From Amphiscolops sp. MND2022 (taxonomy: Eukaryota), in NCBI GenBank assembly GCA_964187785.1, contig OZ076409.1, forward strand, positions 75,828,001 through 75,892,000: a DNA stretch of 64,000 nt, written 5' to 3'. Shown here piece after piece: positions 1-12,435 of this stretch. Under the pieces are notes generated by a model that had not been told where the DNA came from, did no database searches, and saw only the letters and a program-made list of their open reading frames with translations. Each line of letters opens with the position of its first letter. The stretch's first letter is position 1. The translations under genes were made by a program, and so were the position numbers.

Positions 1-455
1 CAGCATTCCCGGGCGAAAAGTTGTGGGACTTAGAAAAAATTCAAAAATTTTCGAAATTTTTTTTCCGTTTTCCGGCCCCTCCCCCGAGGGGAAAAGACCC
101 CCCAACCAGTAATTTGAGTGAATTCATGTGGAAAGGCCATGTTTAGACGAAAAAATTGCCGTTTAGAACGTCTTTCTATCTCAACCTGACATTGACTTAT
201 GAAGCTTTAAAGGTGATGTTTGGACGTGTGAAGCATGTAAAAAAAGGAATTTTTTTGATTTTATTTCATCAGAAAGTCATTGAATCACACGCTGTGAAGC
301 CCAGAGCGTGGTTTCTAATAGTTTGGTATCGTTTAAACGCATTTTGGTGTCTTTTTACTCTGTTTAAAAAACTTTTCTCCTGAAAATTAATAAATTTTGA
401 TTACTTTTCTTACTTTCCATTAATTTTTTTTCTTATATTTTTACTTGAAACAGTT

Positions 456-499
456 GAGTACATTCCATCTCCCTTCCCGGGGGAGATGAGAATGTACTC
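456..499 (+). other. Central 44 nt hairpin of the short units (representative copy)
   Basis: GAGTACATT-C-CATCTCCC-loop-GGGAGATG-AG-AATGTACTC. It recurs ~270-320 nt before the junction in the standard units and was not seen in the long elements or the two divergent units. Confidence 0.8.
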
Positions 500-699
500 G
501 CAAAAAGCCGCGAACTACGGCCCATACCTTCTCGAGATACGCAGTATAAAGATAACATAATGGTCCAGACATTTTAATGGAGTTGTATCTTGGTAATATG
601 TCTGGATTTGCAGAAAAATCAGCACGTGCCATTTTATACCAAGTTGCTCGCAACGACAATTAATTTAAATCAACGCCCCCCACAAAAATCAACGCCCCC

Positions 700-772
700 C
701 GTCCGTGGGCATGCCGAGGCATGCCCTTCGACGACATGCACCAAAATATGCCCCGAGCGCGTTAGCAGCTAG
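700..772 (+). other. 3' terminal hairpin and CTAG of a short unit (representative; recurs before every junction except 24396, with one arm deleted before 5866)
   Basis: CGTC-CGT-GGGCATGCC-GA-GGCATGCCC-TTC-GACG at 700-733; CTAG at 769-772. Confidence 0.8.
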
Positions 773-3700
773 GTGCCGGTGTCTTTTTACACAATGGGGG
801 AAGTTGCGCGGTTGGGGAGGGTCCCTGACGCGCTTCCGTGAGATCAGGTTTTTCAACTAGTGAAATCGACAAAGAAAATTGAGATCTCGTAAACTAGCCA
901 TACGATTTGGCTGAAATTTGGCACACGTACCCCCCTCGGCACGGTGAAGATGATTTCCTACTGACGTTTTTCCCGCTAAACATTTTTTGTTGACCAAAAT
1001 AACGGTTTTTGGGGTAAAATTTTCAACTTTTTTTAAATTTCATCTTATATCTCGCCACGGGTGCACGCTAGCGCTTCCAAACCTTGCTGACGAAAGTTTG
1101 CAAACTGTCTCAGGAATGCTGTGTGAAAATTTCAGCTCAATCGGACTTAAACTCGAGGAGATATAGCGTTTTTCTGGAGCGGGGGGGTTTCATTTTTCTA
1201 ACGGTCCAGCTTATCTTTGCCATTTTTTCGAAAATGCACTCGCCTAAAGGCCTCCCCTGGCCGGTTTTATTCCCAGCAAAACCATTTGGCCCTAAATACG
1301 GAGTTTCAGCGTTCCAGCATTCTCGGGCGAAAAGTTGTGGGACATAGAAAATTTCAAAAATTTTCAAAAATTTTTTTTTTCGTTATTTGGGCCCCCAAAG
1401 TGGGGGAAAAGACCCCCCAACCAGTAAATCAAGTGAATGCATGTGGAAAGGCCATGTTTAGACGAGAAAAATGCCGTTTAGAACGTCTTTTTATCTTGAC
1501 TCAACGTTGACTTATGACGTTTTGAAGGTGATGTTTGGAGGTGTAAAGCAAGTGAATAGTAAACGTTATGAGTATTTATCTGATCTGAAAGCCATTGAGA
1601 TGCAATATGATTGCTCAAAACGTAATTCATTGCAGTTTGGCAATCAATCAACACCCTTTGTTGTCGTTTGACATACTTTTTTGTTGTTAAAATAAAAAAT
1701 TTTGTGTATTTATTCATTTTTTTCTCATCAAATAACTTGGAACAGTTGAGTACATTCCATCCCCCCCTTCCGGGGGAGATGAGAATGTACTCGCAAAAAG
1801 CACCGAACTACGGCCCTTACCTTCCCGAGCTACGCAGTATAAGGATTACATATTGGTTCCGATATTTTCATAGAGTTATAACTTGGTAATCTGTCTGGAT
1901 ATGCCGAAAAATCAGCACGTGCCTTTTAATACCAAGTTGCTCACAACGACAATTATTTTATATCAACGCCCCCATATTTATCAACGCCCCCCGTCCGTGG
2001 GCATGCCGAGGCATGCCCTTCGACGACCCGCACCAAAATATGCGTTAGCGCGGTAGCCGCTAGGTGCCGGGATTTCTATTCGATAAAGTATGTGGCGCGT
2101 GTGGGTAGGGTCCCTGGCGCGCTCTTGTGTTTGGGGGTTTCCTACTTCTAAATCACGTTCAGATTTCCGGGATCTCGTAAACTAGCCATACGATTTGGCT
2201 GAAATTTGGCACACGTACCCCCCTCGGCACGGTGAAGATGATTCCCTACTGACGTTTTGCCCGCTAAACATTTTTTGTTGACCAAAATAACGGTTTTTGG
2301 GGTAAAATTTTGAACTTTTTTTAAATTTCATCTTATTTCTGGACAGGGGTTTACGCTAGCGCTTCAAAACCTTGCTGATGAAACCTTGCAAACTGTCTCA
2401 GGAATGCTGTGTGAAATTTTCAGCTCAATCGGACTTAAACTCAGGGAGATATAGCGTTTTTCCGGAGCGGGGGGGTTTCATTTTTCTAACGGTCCAGCTT
2501 ATCTTTGCCATTTTTTCGAAAATGTACTCACCTAAAGGCCTCCCCTGGCCGGTTTTATTCCCAGCAAAACCATTTGGCCCTAAATACGGAGTTTCAGCGT
2601 TCCAGCATTCCCGGGCGAAAAGTTGTGGGACTTAGAATTTTTCAAAAATTTTCAAAAATTTTTTTTTCCGTTATTTGGGCCCCCAAAGTGGGGGAAAGCA
2701 CCCCCTAACCAGTAAAGCAAGTGAATGCATGTGGAAAGCCCTTGTTTAGACAAGAAAAATGGCGTTTAGAATGTCTTTTTATCTTAACTTGACATTGACT
2801 TTTGTCGTTTTGAAGGTGACCGTTAGATACAGAAAATTGATATTTTGAGTATTTATCCCATCTGAAAGCCATTGAGATACAACATGTTTTGCTCAAAACG
2901 TGTTTCATTGCAGTTCCGCTGTCCATTGACACCCTTTGATGTCTTTTGACGTAATTTTTTTTTCTATAATAACAATTTTTTTGTGTATTTATTCATTTTT
3001 TTCTCATCAAATAACTTGAAACAGTTGAGTACATTCCATCTCCCTTCACGGGGGAGATGAGAATGTACTCGCTAAAGGTCAGGAACTACGGTCTTTATCT
3101 TCCACAACACAAAAGAGATTGCAAATTTTTTTCAGTTTGTTGCAGAAAACTTCTTTTTGCACTCTGTGACTCGACAAAGTGAACGTTTCTTACTTACTTT
3201 GAATCTCACCATACCACAACTCATCTCTAACGTCAACGCCCCTCACACACATCAACGCCCCCCGTCCGTGGGCATGCCGAGGCATGCCCTTCGACGACGT
3301 ATAGCAAAATATATTCGAACGCGGTAGCAGCTAGGTGCCGGGATTTCTATTCGTTCGAGTATGTGGCGCGTGTGGGTAGGGCCCCTGGCGCGCTCTTGTG
3401 TTTCGGGTTTTCCTACTCCTAAACCGCGTTCAGATTTTCGGGATCTCGTAAACTAGCCATACGATTTGGCTGAAATTTGGCACACGTACCCCCCTCGGCA
3501 CGGTGAAGATGATTCCCTACTGACGTTTTGCCCGCTAAACATTTTTTGTTGACCAAAATAACGGTTTTTGGTGGAAATTTTTTGATTTTTTTTAAATTTC
3601 ATCTTATATCTCGCCACGGGTTTACGCTAGCGCTTCAAAACCTTGCTGACGAAAGTTTGCAAACTGTCTCAGGAATGCGGTGTGAATTTTTCAGCTCAAT

Positions 3701-6700
3701 CGGACATAAACTCGGGGAGATATCGCGTTTTTCCGGAGCGGGGGGGTTTCATTTTTCTAACGGTCCAGCTTATCTTTGCCATTTTTTCGAAAATGCACTC
3801 GCCTAAAGGCCTCCCCTGGCCGGTTTTACTCCAAAAAAAACCATTTGGCCCTAAATACGGAGTTTCAGCGTTCCAGCATTCCCGGGCGAAAAGTTGTGGG
3901 ACTTAGAAAATTTCAAAAATTTTCAAAAAAATTTTTTTCCGTTATTTGGGCCCCCAAAGTGGGGGAAAGGACCCCCCAACCAGTAAAGCAAGTGAATGCA
4001 TGTGGAAAGCCCTTAGTTAGATGAGAAAAATGGCGTTTAGAACGTCTTTTTATCTTGGCTCAACGTTGTCTTATGACGTTTTGAAGGTGACCGTTAGATA
4101 CGGAAAATTGATGTTTTGAGTCTTTATCCCATCTGAAAGCCACTGAGATACAACATGTTTTGCTCAAAACGTATTTCATTGCAGTTTCGCTGTCCATTAA
4201 CACCCTTTGGTGTCTTTTGACGTATTTTTCTTTTCTATAATAACATTTTTTCTGTGTATTTATTCATTTGTTTTTCATCAAATAACTTGAAACAGTTGAG
4301 TACATTCCATCTCCCTTCCCGGGGGAGATGAGAATGTACTCGCTAAAGGCCGCGAACTACGGTCTATATCTTCCCCAACACAAAAGAGATTGAAAATTGT
4401 TTCATTTTGTGGAAAAAATTCTTCTTTTTGTACACTGTGACTCGACAAAGTGAACGTTTCTTACCTATTTTGAAACTTCCCTCACCAAAAACCATCTCTA
4501 ACGTCAGCGCCCCCCTACTTGCATCAACGCCCACCGTCCGTGGGCATGCCGAGGCATGCCCTTCGACGACGTATACCAAGATATACCTGGAGCGCGGTAG
4601 CCGCTAGGTGGCCGGGAATTTTTTTTCCACTCAATTCTTTGCCAACTGGGGGAGGGGCCCCTGGTGGCTGGTGTTCGGATTTACATACTACTGTATTCGG
4701 GGCTACATTTTAACGATCTCGAGATCTAACCATACGATTCGCCTGAAACTTTGCATGCAGGCCCAAAATGAGATTGTAAGAACAATGATATAAGCGTTTT
4801 TCCTGAATTTTTGCAAAAAGTTGGTCAAAAACGCAAAAAATGGGCCAAAATTGACCTCTTTTTCAACTTTTTTATTTTTGAGAGCCCATATCTCGGAACG
4901 AGGTGGCCGTAGCGGGCCGCATAAAGACTCCGTTTTTGCTGGGCACTTGATGAGGAGTGCGTGGACAAATTTTCGTCCAAATCGAAGGAAAATTGACTGA
5001 GTATTGAGTGATTTTTTGACGACCTTTTTTGCGAACCCCATTGTATCTCTGCCATTTTCCGCCAAAATTTTCAAAAATGCTTCTACAGGAGGCAATCCCT
5101 GCCCAATTTTCTGCAAAACAAAACCATTTGGCCCTAAATACGAGGTTTCAGCGTTCTAGCATTCCCCGGTGAAAAGTTATGGGACTTAGAAATTTGTCAG
5201 TGAAACGCAAAATTTGTAAAGTCAACTTCCGGTGCCCAAAAGTCACAAAACTTTCACACAACTAGTATTGTAAGTGAATGCATGTGGAAAGTACTGAAAT
5301 AGACGAGAAAAATGAGCTATAGAACGACTCTCTACCTTAACTTGACGTTGACTTATGATGTTTTGAATGTGAGCATCCTATCTGATTTTAATGTCAAAAA
5401 TGAGATTTTGTAAGTCATGTCTCATCAAAAACTCAACGGAATACGTTCAATCATCCCCATAGCTGTTCAATTGCCGTGGCTTAGCGCAGCAACGCCATTT
5501 AATGTCTTTGGACCCATTCTGAAAAATTTTGACACCGTCTTATTCGTCCGATATCACGAAGCAGTTGAGTACATTCCATCTCCCCCTTGAGGGGAGATGA
5601 GAATGTACTCGCTAAAGAGCTGGTACTATGGCCCATATCTGTTTTTAATTGACGCTTCCTATGAGGTTTCACACGGATACCTCTATTTGGTAACACATTT
5701 TCTTTTGCACCATGTTTATATATGCTAAACCACTTCATTAGCTTCTACTATCTATACTCACACATGACTAACGTCAACGCCACATACTCGCATCAACGCC
5801 CACCGTCCGTAGGCATGCCTTTCGACGACGTATACCTAGTATACGCGTTAGCGCGGTAGCCGCTAGGTGCCGGGATTTCTATTCGATAAAGTAAGTTGCG
5901 CGGTTGGGTAGGGCCCCGTGAGCGCGCCCGTGTCTGTGTTTTTTGAACCTGAATTTGCGGGTGCCAAAATAGACGATCTCCTAAACTATCCATACGATTT
6001 GGCTCAAATTTGGCATACGGGTTCCTGAGACAGATATAAGAACTAATTCCTACTGGCGTTTTGCCCGGAAAATTTTTTTTGTTGCGCAAACGTGAAATTT
6101 TTGACAAAAAAATGCGATTTTTTTTGAAAAAATTTTTTTGAGAGGCCATATCTTTTTTCAGGGAGCCCGGAGCGGGACGCGTTAAACTGATTATAAACTC
6201 TACGGTTCACGGGCTGAACGGGGAACCTATTTTTGTTGGAATCCGACTTGTAGATTTTGAGATATATTATCAAATTTGGGTGTTTTTTTTCCAATTTTTC
6301 GAAAAACCTGGTTTATCTCTGCCGTTTTTTGCCCAGATTTTTTTCTAGACCCTCTCCTAAAGGCCTCCCCTGGCCGGATTACGTCCCAGCAGAACCATTT
6401 GGCCCTAAATACGAAGTTTCAGCGTTCTAGCATTCTCGGGCGAAAAGTTGTGGGACTTAGAAAATTTTTTTTAAAACGCAAAATGTGTAAAGTCAACTTC
6501 AGGCCTCCCAAAGTCAAGGAACTTCCACACAACTAGGATTGCAAGTGAATGCATGTGGAAAGTACTCGAATAGACGAGAAAAATGAGCTATAGAACAACT
6601 CTGTAGCTTAACCTGACGTTGACTTATGACAATTTTAGTGTGAGCTTGCTATGTGAGAAAAAATTTCAAAAATTGAAAATCGAAGCTAAGTCTCATCCAA

Positions 6701-7145
6701 AACTCATCGGAATACGTTCAATCCATTCCAAAGCGGTTTACTTCCAGCTATAGACTGCAGCAACACTATTCAAGACCATTGTACCCCTTTATATTAGTTT
6801 TGACATTGTATTATTCATCCGAGAGCACAAAGCAGTTGAGTACATTCCATCTCCCTTTCGGGGGAGATGAGAATGTACTCGCTAAAGAACAGGTACTACA
6901 GCCAATTTTTGTATTTATGCGAAGCCATTCTATGCTATTGCACATAACAACTATGCTATTGACTTAATTTTGCCTACACTTTGCTATGACATATGCTAAA
7001 CGTTTGGTCCTTACAACAACATACACATGACTAACGTCAACACCACATACTGTTACCAACGCCCACCGTCCGTGGGCATGCCGAGGCATGCCCTTCGACG
7101 ACGTATGCCAAATACCTTCCAGCGACGCTCGCGCTCCCCGGCTAG

Positions 7146-8534
7146 GTGGTCGGGGCGGTCCCCAGAACGCACAAGGAGGCGCGGGGAGGGTCCTGCGCCG
7201 ACGTAGAATAATTTCATATAATACTAGTATCCTACATGGGTGTTTTAGAAGCGATTTTGGAAACTAACCGTAGGATTTGGATAATTTTTTGCATGCGGCC
7301 TTAACTCGAAATTCTAAGAACTTTTTCCTACTGTCATTTTCCCCTCAAATTGTTTTGTGTTGACTTATGGCCGAAAAACCGGAAATAACGTCCTTTTTAG
7401 ACGTTATATCCGAAGTGTCGTCATAACTTTTTTCCAGGGCATGCTAGCGTTCTTGTTCACTTTTACACTTAGTTGCAGCATCTCGAAATACAACTGGTGG
7501 AAAATTTTGGTTGCATTCGGATCACCCCCCACCGAGATAGAAGGGTTTTCCCCTCCAGTTTTACCCCCCAAATTTGCGAAAAAGCTAATTTTGAGCTTGA
7601 AGCCGAGGATTTAGCGTACCCGCACCCTCCTGATGTTTTGTTGTAAGTATTGGGGTGAATCTGACCACATGTGTGGTTTTCACCCCCAACCCCCCCTGGG
7701 ACCGGAAATGACATTTTTTTGTATTTTTCGGCAGAAATTAGCTTTTTTCATTAGTAGGCAGTCGTTTTAGGGACTCTTAGCAGGATATCGAAATTGAAAT
7801 ACAACCTGATCACAACCCAGAGACAACATGTTGGCCATTTGAAGGTTCAATCATGACCGGAAGTGGGGTCAACCCCCCTTTTTGTGACCGCGTTTTGACC
7901 TCGTGCACCAAAATGCCAACAACGTTAGCCCTAATGACGCATTCAAATCTGTACAAAGAAAGAATGTTAGACAACCGAAGTCCCGGAAGATCTTTAGCAT
8001 ATACCGGAAGTTACCCCCAATGACCGGAAGTTACCCAATGTGACCGGAAATGGTCCAAAAATTAATGTAAAGTTGAATTTTTCACTATTTCAAGACCACT
8101 TCATTGAACATTTTCATTCCCAAAACTAGCGTACTGGCTTGTTTTTTCTGAAATTATGGAAATTGATGAGCTCTATCACCCCCGATAGCCTTCGAAGTTG
8201 ACCTTGCGTCAACTTTGGAGGCTATCGATACTGAAAATGAACATTAAAGTACATTATTGCTCTCGGTTTTTTCCCGTTGTTTTTCCTCAAACATTCTTGA
8301 GACATATACATGGCCGTTAATTGAAATCAATATTTAGCCCATGTTATAGCTGGAGCAGCGAAGCGTTACACAGGCTAGTGTGGTTTTGAAATTACATTAT
8401 TTAAATTAACAAATGACCGTCTTAGTCAACTCCACACATTCATACCAACGCCCACCGTCTGTGGGCATGCTGAGGCATGCCCTTCGACGACGTATGACGA
8501 ATCCACTCCAACGACGCCCGCAGTCCTCAGCTAG
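7146..8534 (+). mobile_element. Divergent non-autonomous unit (1389 bp) with a largely unrelated interior
   Basis: Head GTGGTCGGG, the head hairpin and the terminal hairpin plus CTAG are retained. The standard central blocks are missing, and CCGGAAR repeats are present. Confidence 0.65.
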
Positions 8535-11500
8535 GTGGCCGGAAATTTTTTTTTTCATCAAAATCTTTGCCATTGGGGGAGGGGCCCCGGATGGCCAGTA
8601 GTACGGGATAGCTTCCTACCAAATCCAGATGGAAAAAACGTGATTTCGGAAACTAGCCGTCAGAATTTGCTCAAATTTTGCATACGGCTTCCTATGACAA
8701 TCCTAAGAACTAATCCCTACTAGCATTTTGCCCAAAAAACGCAAAAAGTTGGTCAAAATCTTAGTTTTTTGGTCGAAAAATGGCGTTTTTTCGAAAAAAT
8801 TTTTTTTCAGAGACAATTACTCGTAACTGGTTCACCCAGCGCAAAAACGCCTAGCTGATTTATTGTTGAGGACTTCATGAGGAGTGCGTATACAAATTTT
8901 CGTCCAAATCGGATAAAAGTTGATTGAGAAATAACTGAAAATTTGAGGCATTTTTTTGGAAATTTTTGAAAACCTAGTCTATCTCTGCCGTTTTTTGCCC
9001 AGATTTTTTTCCAGGTCCTCTCCTAAAGGCCTCCCCTGGCCGGTTTACTTCCCAGAAAAACCATTTGGCCCTAAATACGGAGTTTCAGCGTTCTAGCATT
9101 CCCGGGCGAAAAGATGTGGGACTTAGAAAAAATTCAAAATTTTTCAAAAATTTTTTTTTCGTTTTCCGGCCCCCCAATGAAGGGGAACGACCCCCCAACG
9201 AGGATTTTTGGTGAATTCACGTGGAAAGGCCTTGTTTTGTGGAGCAAATTGCCGTTTAGAGCGACTTTTTATCTTAACTTGACGTTGACCTCTGTCGTTT
9301 TGAATTTGATATTAGTATGTGTTGAGCATGTGAAAAGTTGATGATTTCAGTTGCTCTCTCGTGTTCAAGCCATTGAGATACAAGCGGTAGTGATCAAAAT
9401 GTGATTTATCGCAATTTGGTGGTGCTTTTGGTGTATTTTGATTCTTTTAAATAAAAAGTTGTTCTTTATATATTTGGTGTATTGATTCAAATGAACAAGA
9501 AACAGTTGAGTACATTTCATCTCCCCCCTTGTGGGGGAGATGAGGATGTACCCTCTAAATGACACGCACAATGGCCCAATTTTATTTTTATGCGACGTTT
9601 TCTAGGCTTTTGCGCAAGCCCACTAAAATTTAGACTGGTTTCCTTTTCTTTTACTCCAAAATTTTCCGTACTAACCACCTTACCCACCACCAGCTCAACG
9701 TAACATCTGTAACGTCAACGCCACACACTCTCACTAACGCCCACCGTCCGTGGGCATGCCGAGGCATGCCCTTCGACGACGTATGCCAAATAGCGCCACA
9801 GGGCGCCCAATTTTGTCTAGGTGCCCGGATTTCTATTCATTAAAGTATGTTGCGCGTGTGGGTAGGGCCCCGTGGCGCGCTCTTGTGTCCCTGTTCTAAA
9901 ATCTGTAATTTCCGGCAGCATTCTGAGCGATTTTCTAAACTATCCATACGATTCGGCTGAAATTTGGCACACGTACCCCCCTCGGCACGGTGAAGATGAT
10001 TTCCTACTGACGTTTTTCCCGCAAAATTTTTTTTGTTGTCCAAATTAACGGTTTTTGGGGTAAAATTTTGAATTTTTTTTAAATTTTATCTTATATCTCG
10101 CCACGGGTTTACGCTAGCGCTTCAAAACCCTGCTAAAGAAAGCTTGCAAACTGTCTCAGGAATGCTGTGTGAAATTTTCAGCTCAATCGGACTCAAACTC
10201 GGGGAGATATAGCGTTTTTCCGGAGCGGGGGGGTTTCATTTTTCTAACGGTCCAGCTTATCTTTGCCATTTTTTCGAAAATGCACTCGCCTAAAGGCCTC
10301 CCCTGGCCGGTTTTATTCCCAGCAAAACCATTTGGCCCTAAATACGGAGTTTCAGCGTTCCAGCATTCCCGGGCGAAAAGTTGTGCGACTTAGAAAAGTT
10401 CAAAAATTTTCAAAAAATTTTTTTTCCGTTTTCCGCCCTCCCCCCCTAGGGGAAAAGACCCCCCAACCAGTAATTTGAGTGAATTCATGTGGAAAGGCCA
10501 TGTTTAGAGGAGAAAAATGCCGTTTAGAACGTCTTTTTATCTTGGCTCAACGTTGACTTATGACGTTTTGAAGGTGATGTTTGGAGGTGTAAAGCACGTG
10601 AATAGTAAACGTTATGAGTATTTATCTGATCTGAAAGCCATTGAGATGAATATGGTTTGCTCAAAACGTAATTCATGACAGTTTGGCAATCAATCAACAC
10701 CCTTTGTTGTCGTTTGACATACTTTTTTGTTGTTATAATAAAAAATTTTGTGTATTTATTCATTTTTTTCTCATCAAATAACTTGAAACAGTTGAGTACA
10801 TTCCATCCCCCCCTTCCGGGGGAGATGAGAATGTACTCGCAAAAAGCACCGAACTACGGCCCTTACCTTCCCGAGCTACGCAGTATAAGGATTTTATATT
10901 GGTTCCGACATTTTCATAGAGTTAAATCTTGGTAATCTGTCTGGATATGCAGAAAAACCAGCACGTGCTTTTTTATACCAAGTTGCTTACAACGACAATT
11001 ATTTTATATTAACGCCCCCATATTTATCAACGCCCCCCGTCCGTGGGCATGCCGAGGCATGCCCTTCGACGACGTATACCCAGATATGTTCGAGCGCGTT
11101 AGCCTAGGTGCCCGGATTTCTATTCATTAAAGTATGTTGCGCGTGTGGGTAGGGCCCCGTGGCGCGCTCTTGTGTCCCTGTTCTCATAACTGCAATTTCC
11201 GGCAGCATTCTGAGCGATTTTCTAAACTATCCATACGATTCGGCTGAAATTTGGCATGTGAGTTCCTATGACAGTTCTAAGAAACATTTCCTACTGGCGT
11301 TTTGCCCGGAAAATTTTTTTTGTTGACTTATAACGGTTTTTTTGGCCAAAAAATGCAATTTTTTCAAAAATTTTTTTTTTCGGAGCCCATATCTTTTTTC
11401 AGGGTGCCCGGAGCGGGACGCGTTAAACTGATTATAAACTCTACGGTTCATGGGCTTTACGGAGAACCTAGGCTCGTTTCAATCGGACAAATAGTCTTGG

Positions 11501-12435
11501 AGATATAACGGCATTTTTTGGGAATTTTTTGGAAATTTTTCTAACGGTCCAGCTTATCTTTGCCATTTTTTCAAAAATGTACTCGCCTAAAGGCCTCCCC
11601 TGGCCGGTTTTAATCCCAGCAAAACCATTTGGCCCTAAATACGGAGTTTCAGCGTTCCAGCATTCCCGGGCGAAAAGTTGTGGGACTTAGAAAAATTTCA
11701 AAATTTTTCAAAAAAATTTTTTCCGTTTTCCGCCCTCCCCCCCCCCGAGGGGAAAAGACCCCCCAACCAGTAATTTGAGTGAATTCATGTGGAAAGGCCA
11801 TGTTTAGAGGAGAAAAATGCCGTTTAGATCGTCTTTTTATTTTAACCTGTCGTTGACTTATGTTGTTTTGAAGGTGACCGTTAGATGTGTGAAGCTTGTG
11901 AAAACGTTATTAATTGTGTCTATATTCCTTTCAAAAGTTATTGCGATACACGATGTACAACTCAGAACGTATTTATTCTAATTTCGCAGTTACAATACAA
12001 TTATATAGGTGAATTGGGTATCACTAGCGTAAGAGACGGTTTTACGGAGCGATTATGATCAAAGGCGATACGGTTCGTTGAAAAATATTATTGAAGAAAA
12101 CATTGGTTTTTTCGTAGGTTTTTGTCTAGAATTTTTAAATGTTTTTTCCGTTGGTTATAGGTGTAGGTTATAGGATAGGTTGTTTCAAAGGTCCTTCTTT
12201 GCTTTTCCTGTTCATAGCATAGATTGTTTTTGATGGCAGAAGTCGACGAAGACCAAGCATACGAGTTTTTCTTTTATTCTCGATTTTATTACATCTGCGC
12301 ATTGGTCGTACGGTCGATATTGAGCGTAAAATACGCTCTTCGAAACAATATGTGGCCATCGTCGATCAATTTCTACGTGTAAGTATCGAATTTGCCCATA
12401 TGGTAAAATATAAGAATAGAGGGAATGGGTTTTTC

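Larger units (their letters stand above)
1..11107 (+). repeat. Head-to-tail array of ~1.26-1.39 kb non-autonomous Helitron-like units (one partial and 8 complete units)
   Basis: The recurrent end motif CAACGCCC-CCGTCCGTGGGCATGCCGAGGCATGCCCTTCGACGAC is followed ~40 nt later by CTAG-GTG. CTAG ends at 772, 2063, 3334, 4607, 5866, 7145, 8534, 9820 and 11107. Most units share internal blocks (CGATTTGGCTGAAATTTGGCA; AAACCATTTGGCCCTAAATACG; CAGTTGAGTACATT hairpin). The termini are shared with the Rep-helicase element. Confidence 0.9.

Noticed and set aside
700..733. Palindromic repeat as a CRISPR direct repeat or integron attC site
   Set aside because: The spacing is ~1.3 kb with homologous intervening DNA. 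There are no cas or tyrosine integrase genes and no cassette ORFs, and the context is eukaryotic.
5768..5830. Units as 5S rRNA, snRNA or spliced-leader RNA gene repeats
   Set aside because: Only a few bases (GTCAACGCC) resemble a 5S 5' end. I recognise no internal control region, snRNA sequence or canonical Sm site in the units.
156..11508. Recurrent 60-137 aa ORFs in the repeat units (e.g. MLTKVCKLSQE..., MPFFRKCTRLK...), also throughout 23338-54320
   Set aside because: They recur only because the DNA repeats. Many start at TTG or GTG, they overlap on both strands, they shift frame at homopolymer runs between copies, and they show no recognisable domain.
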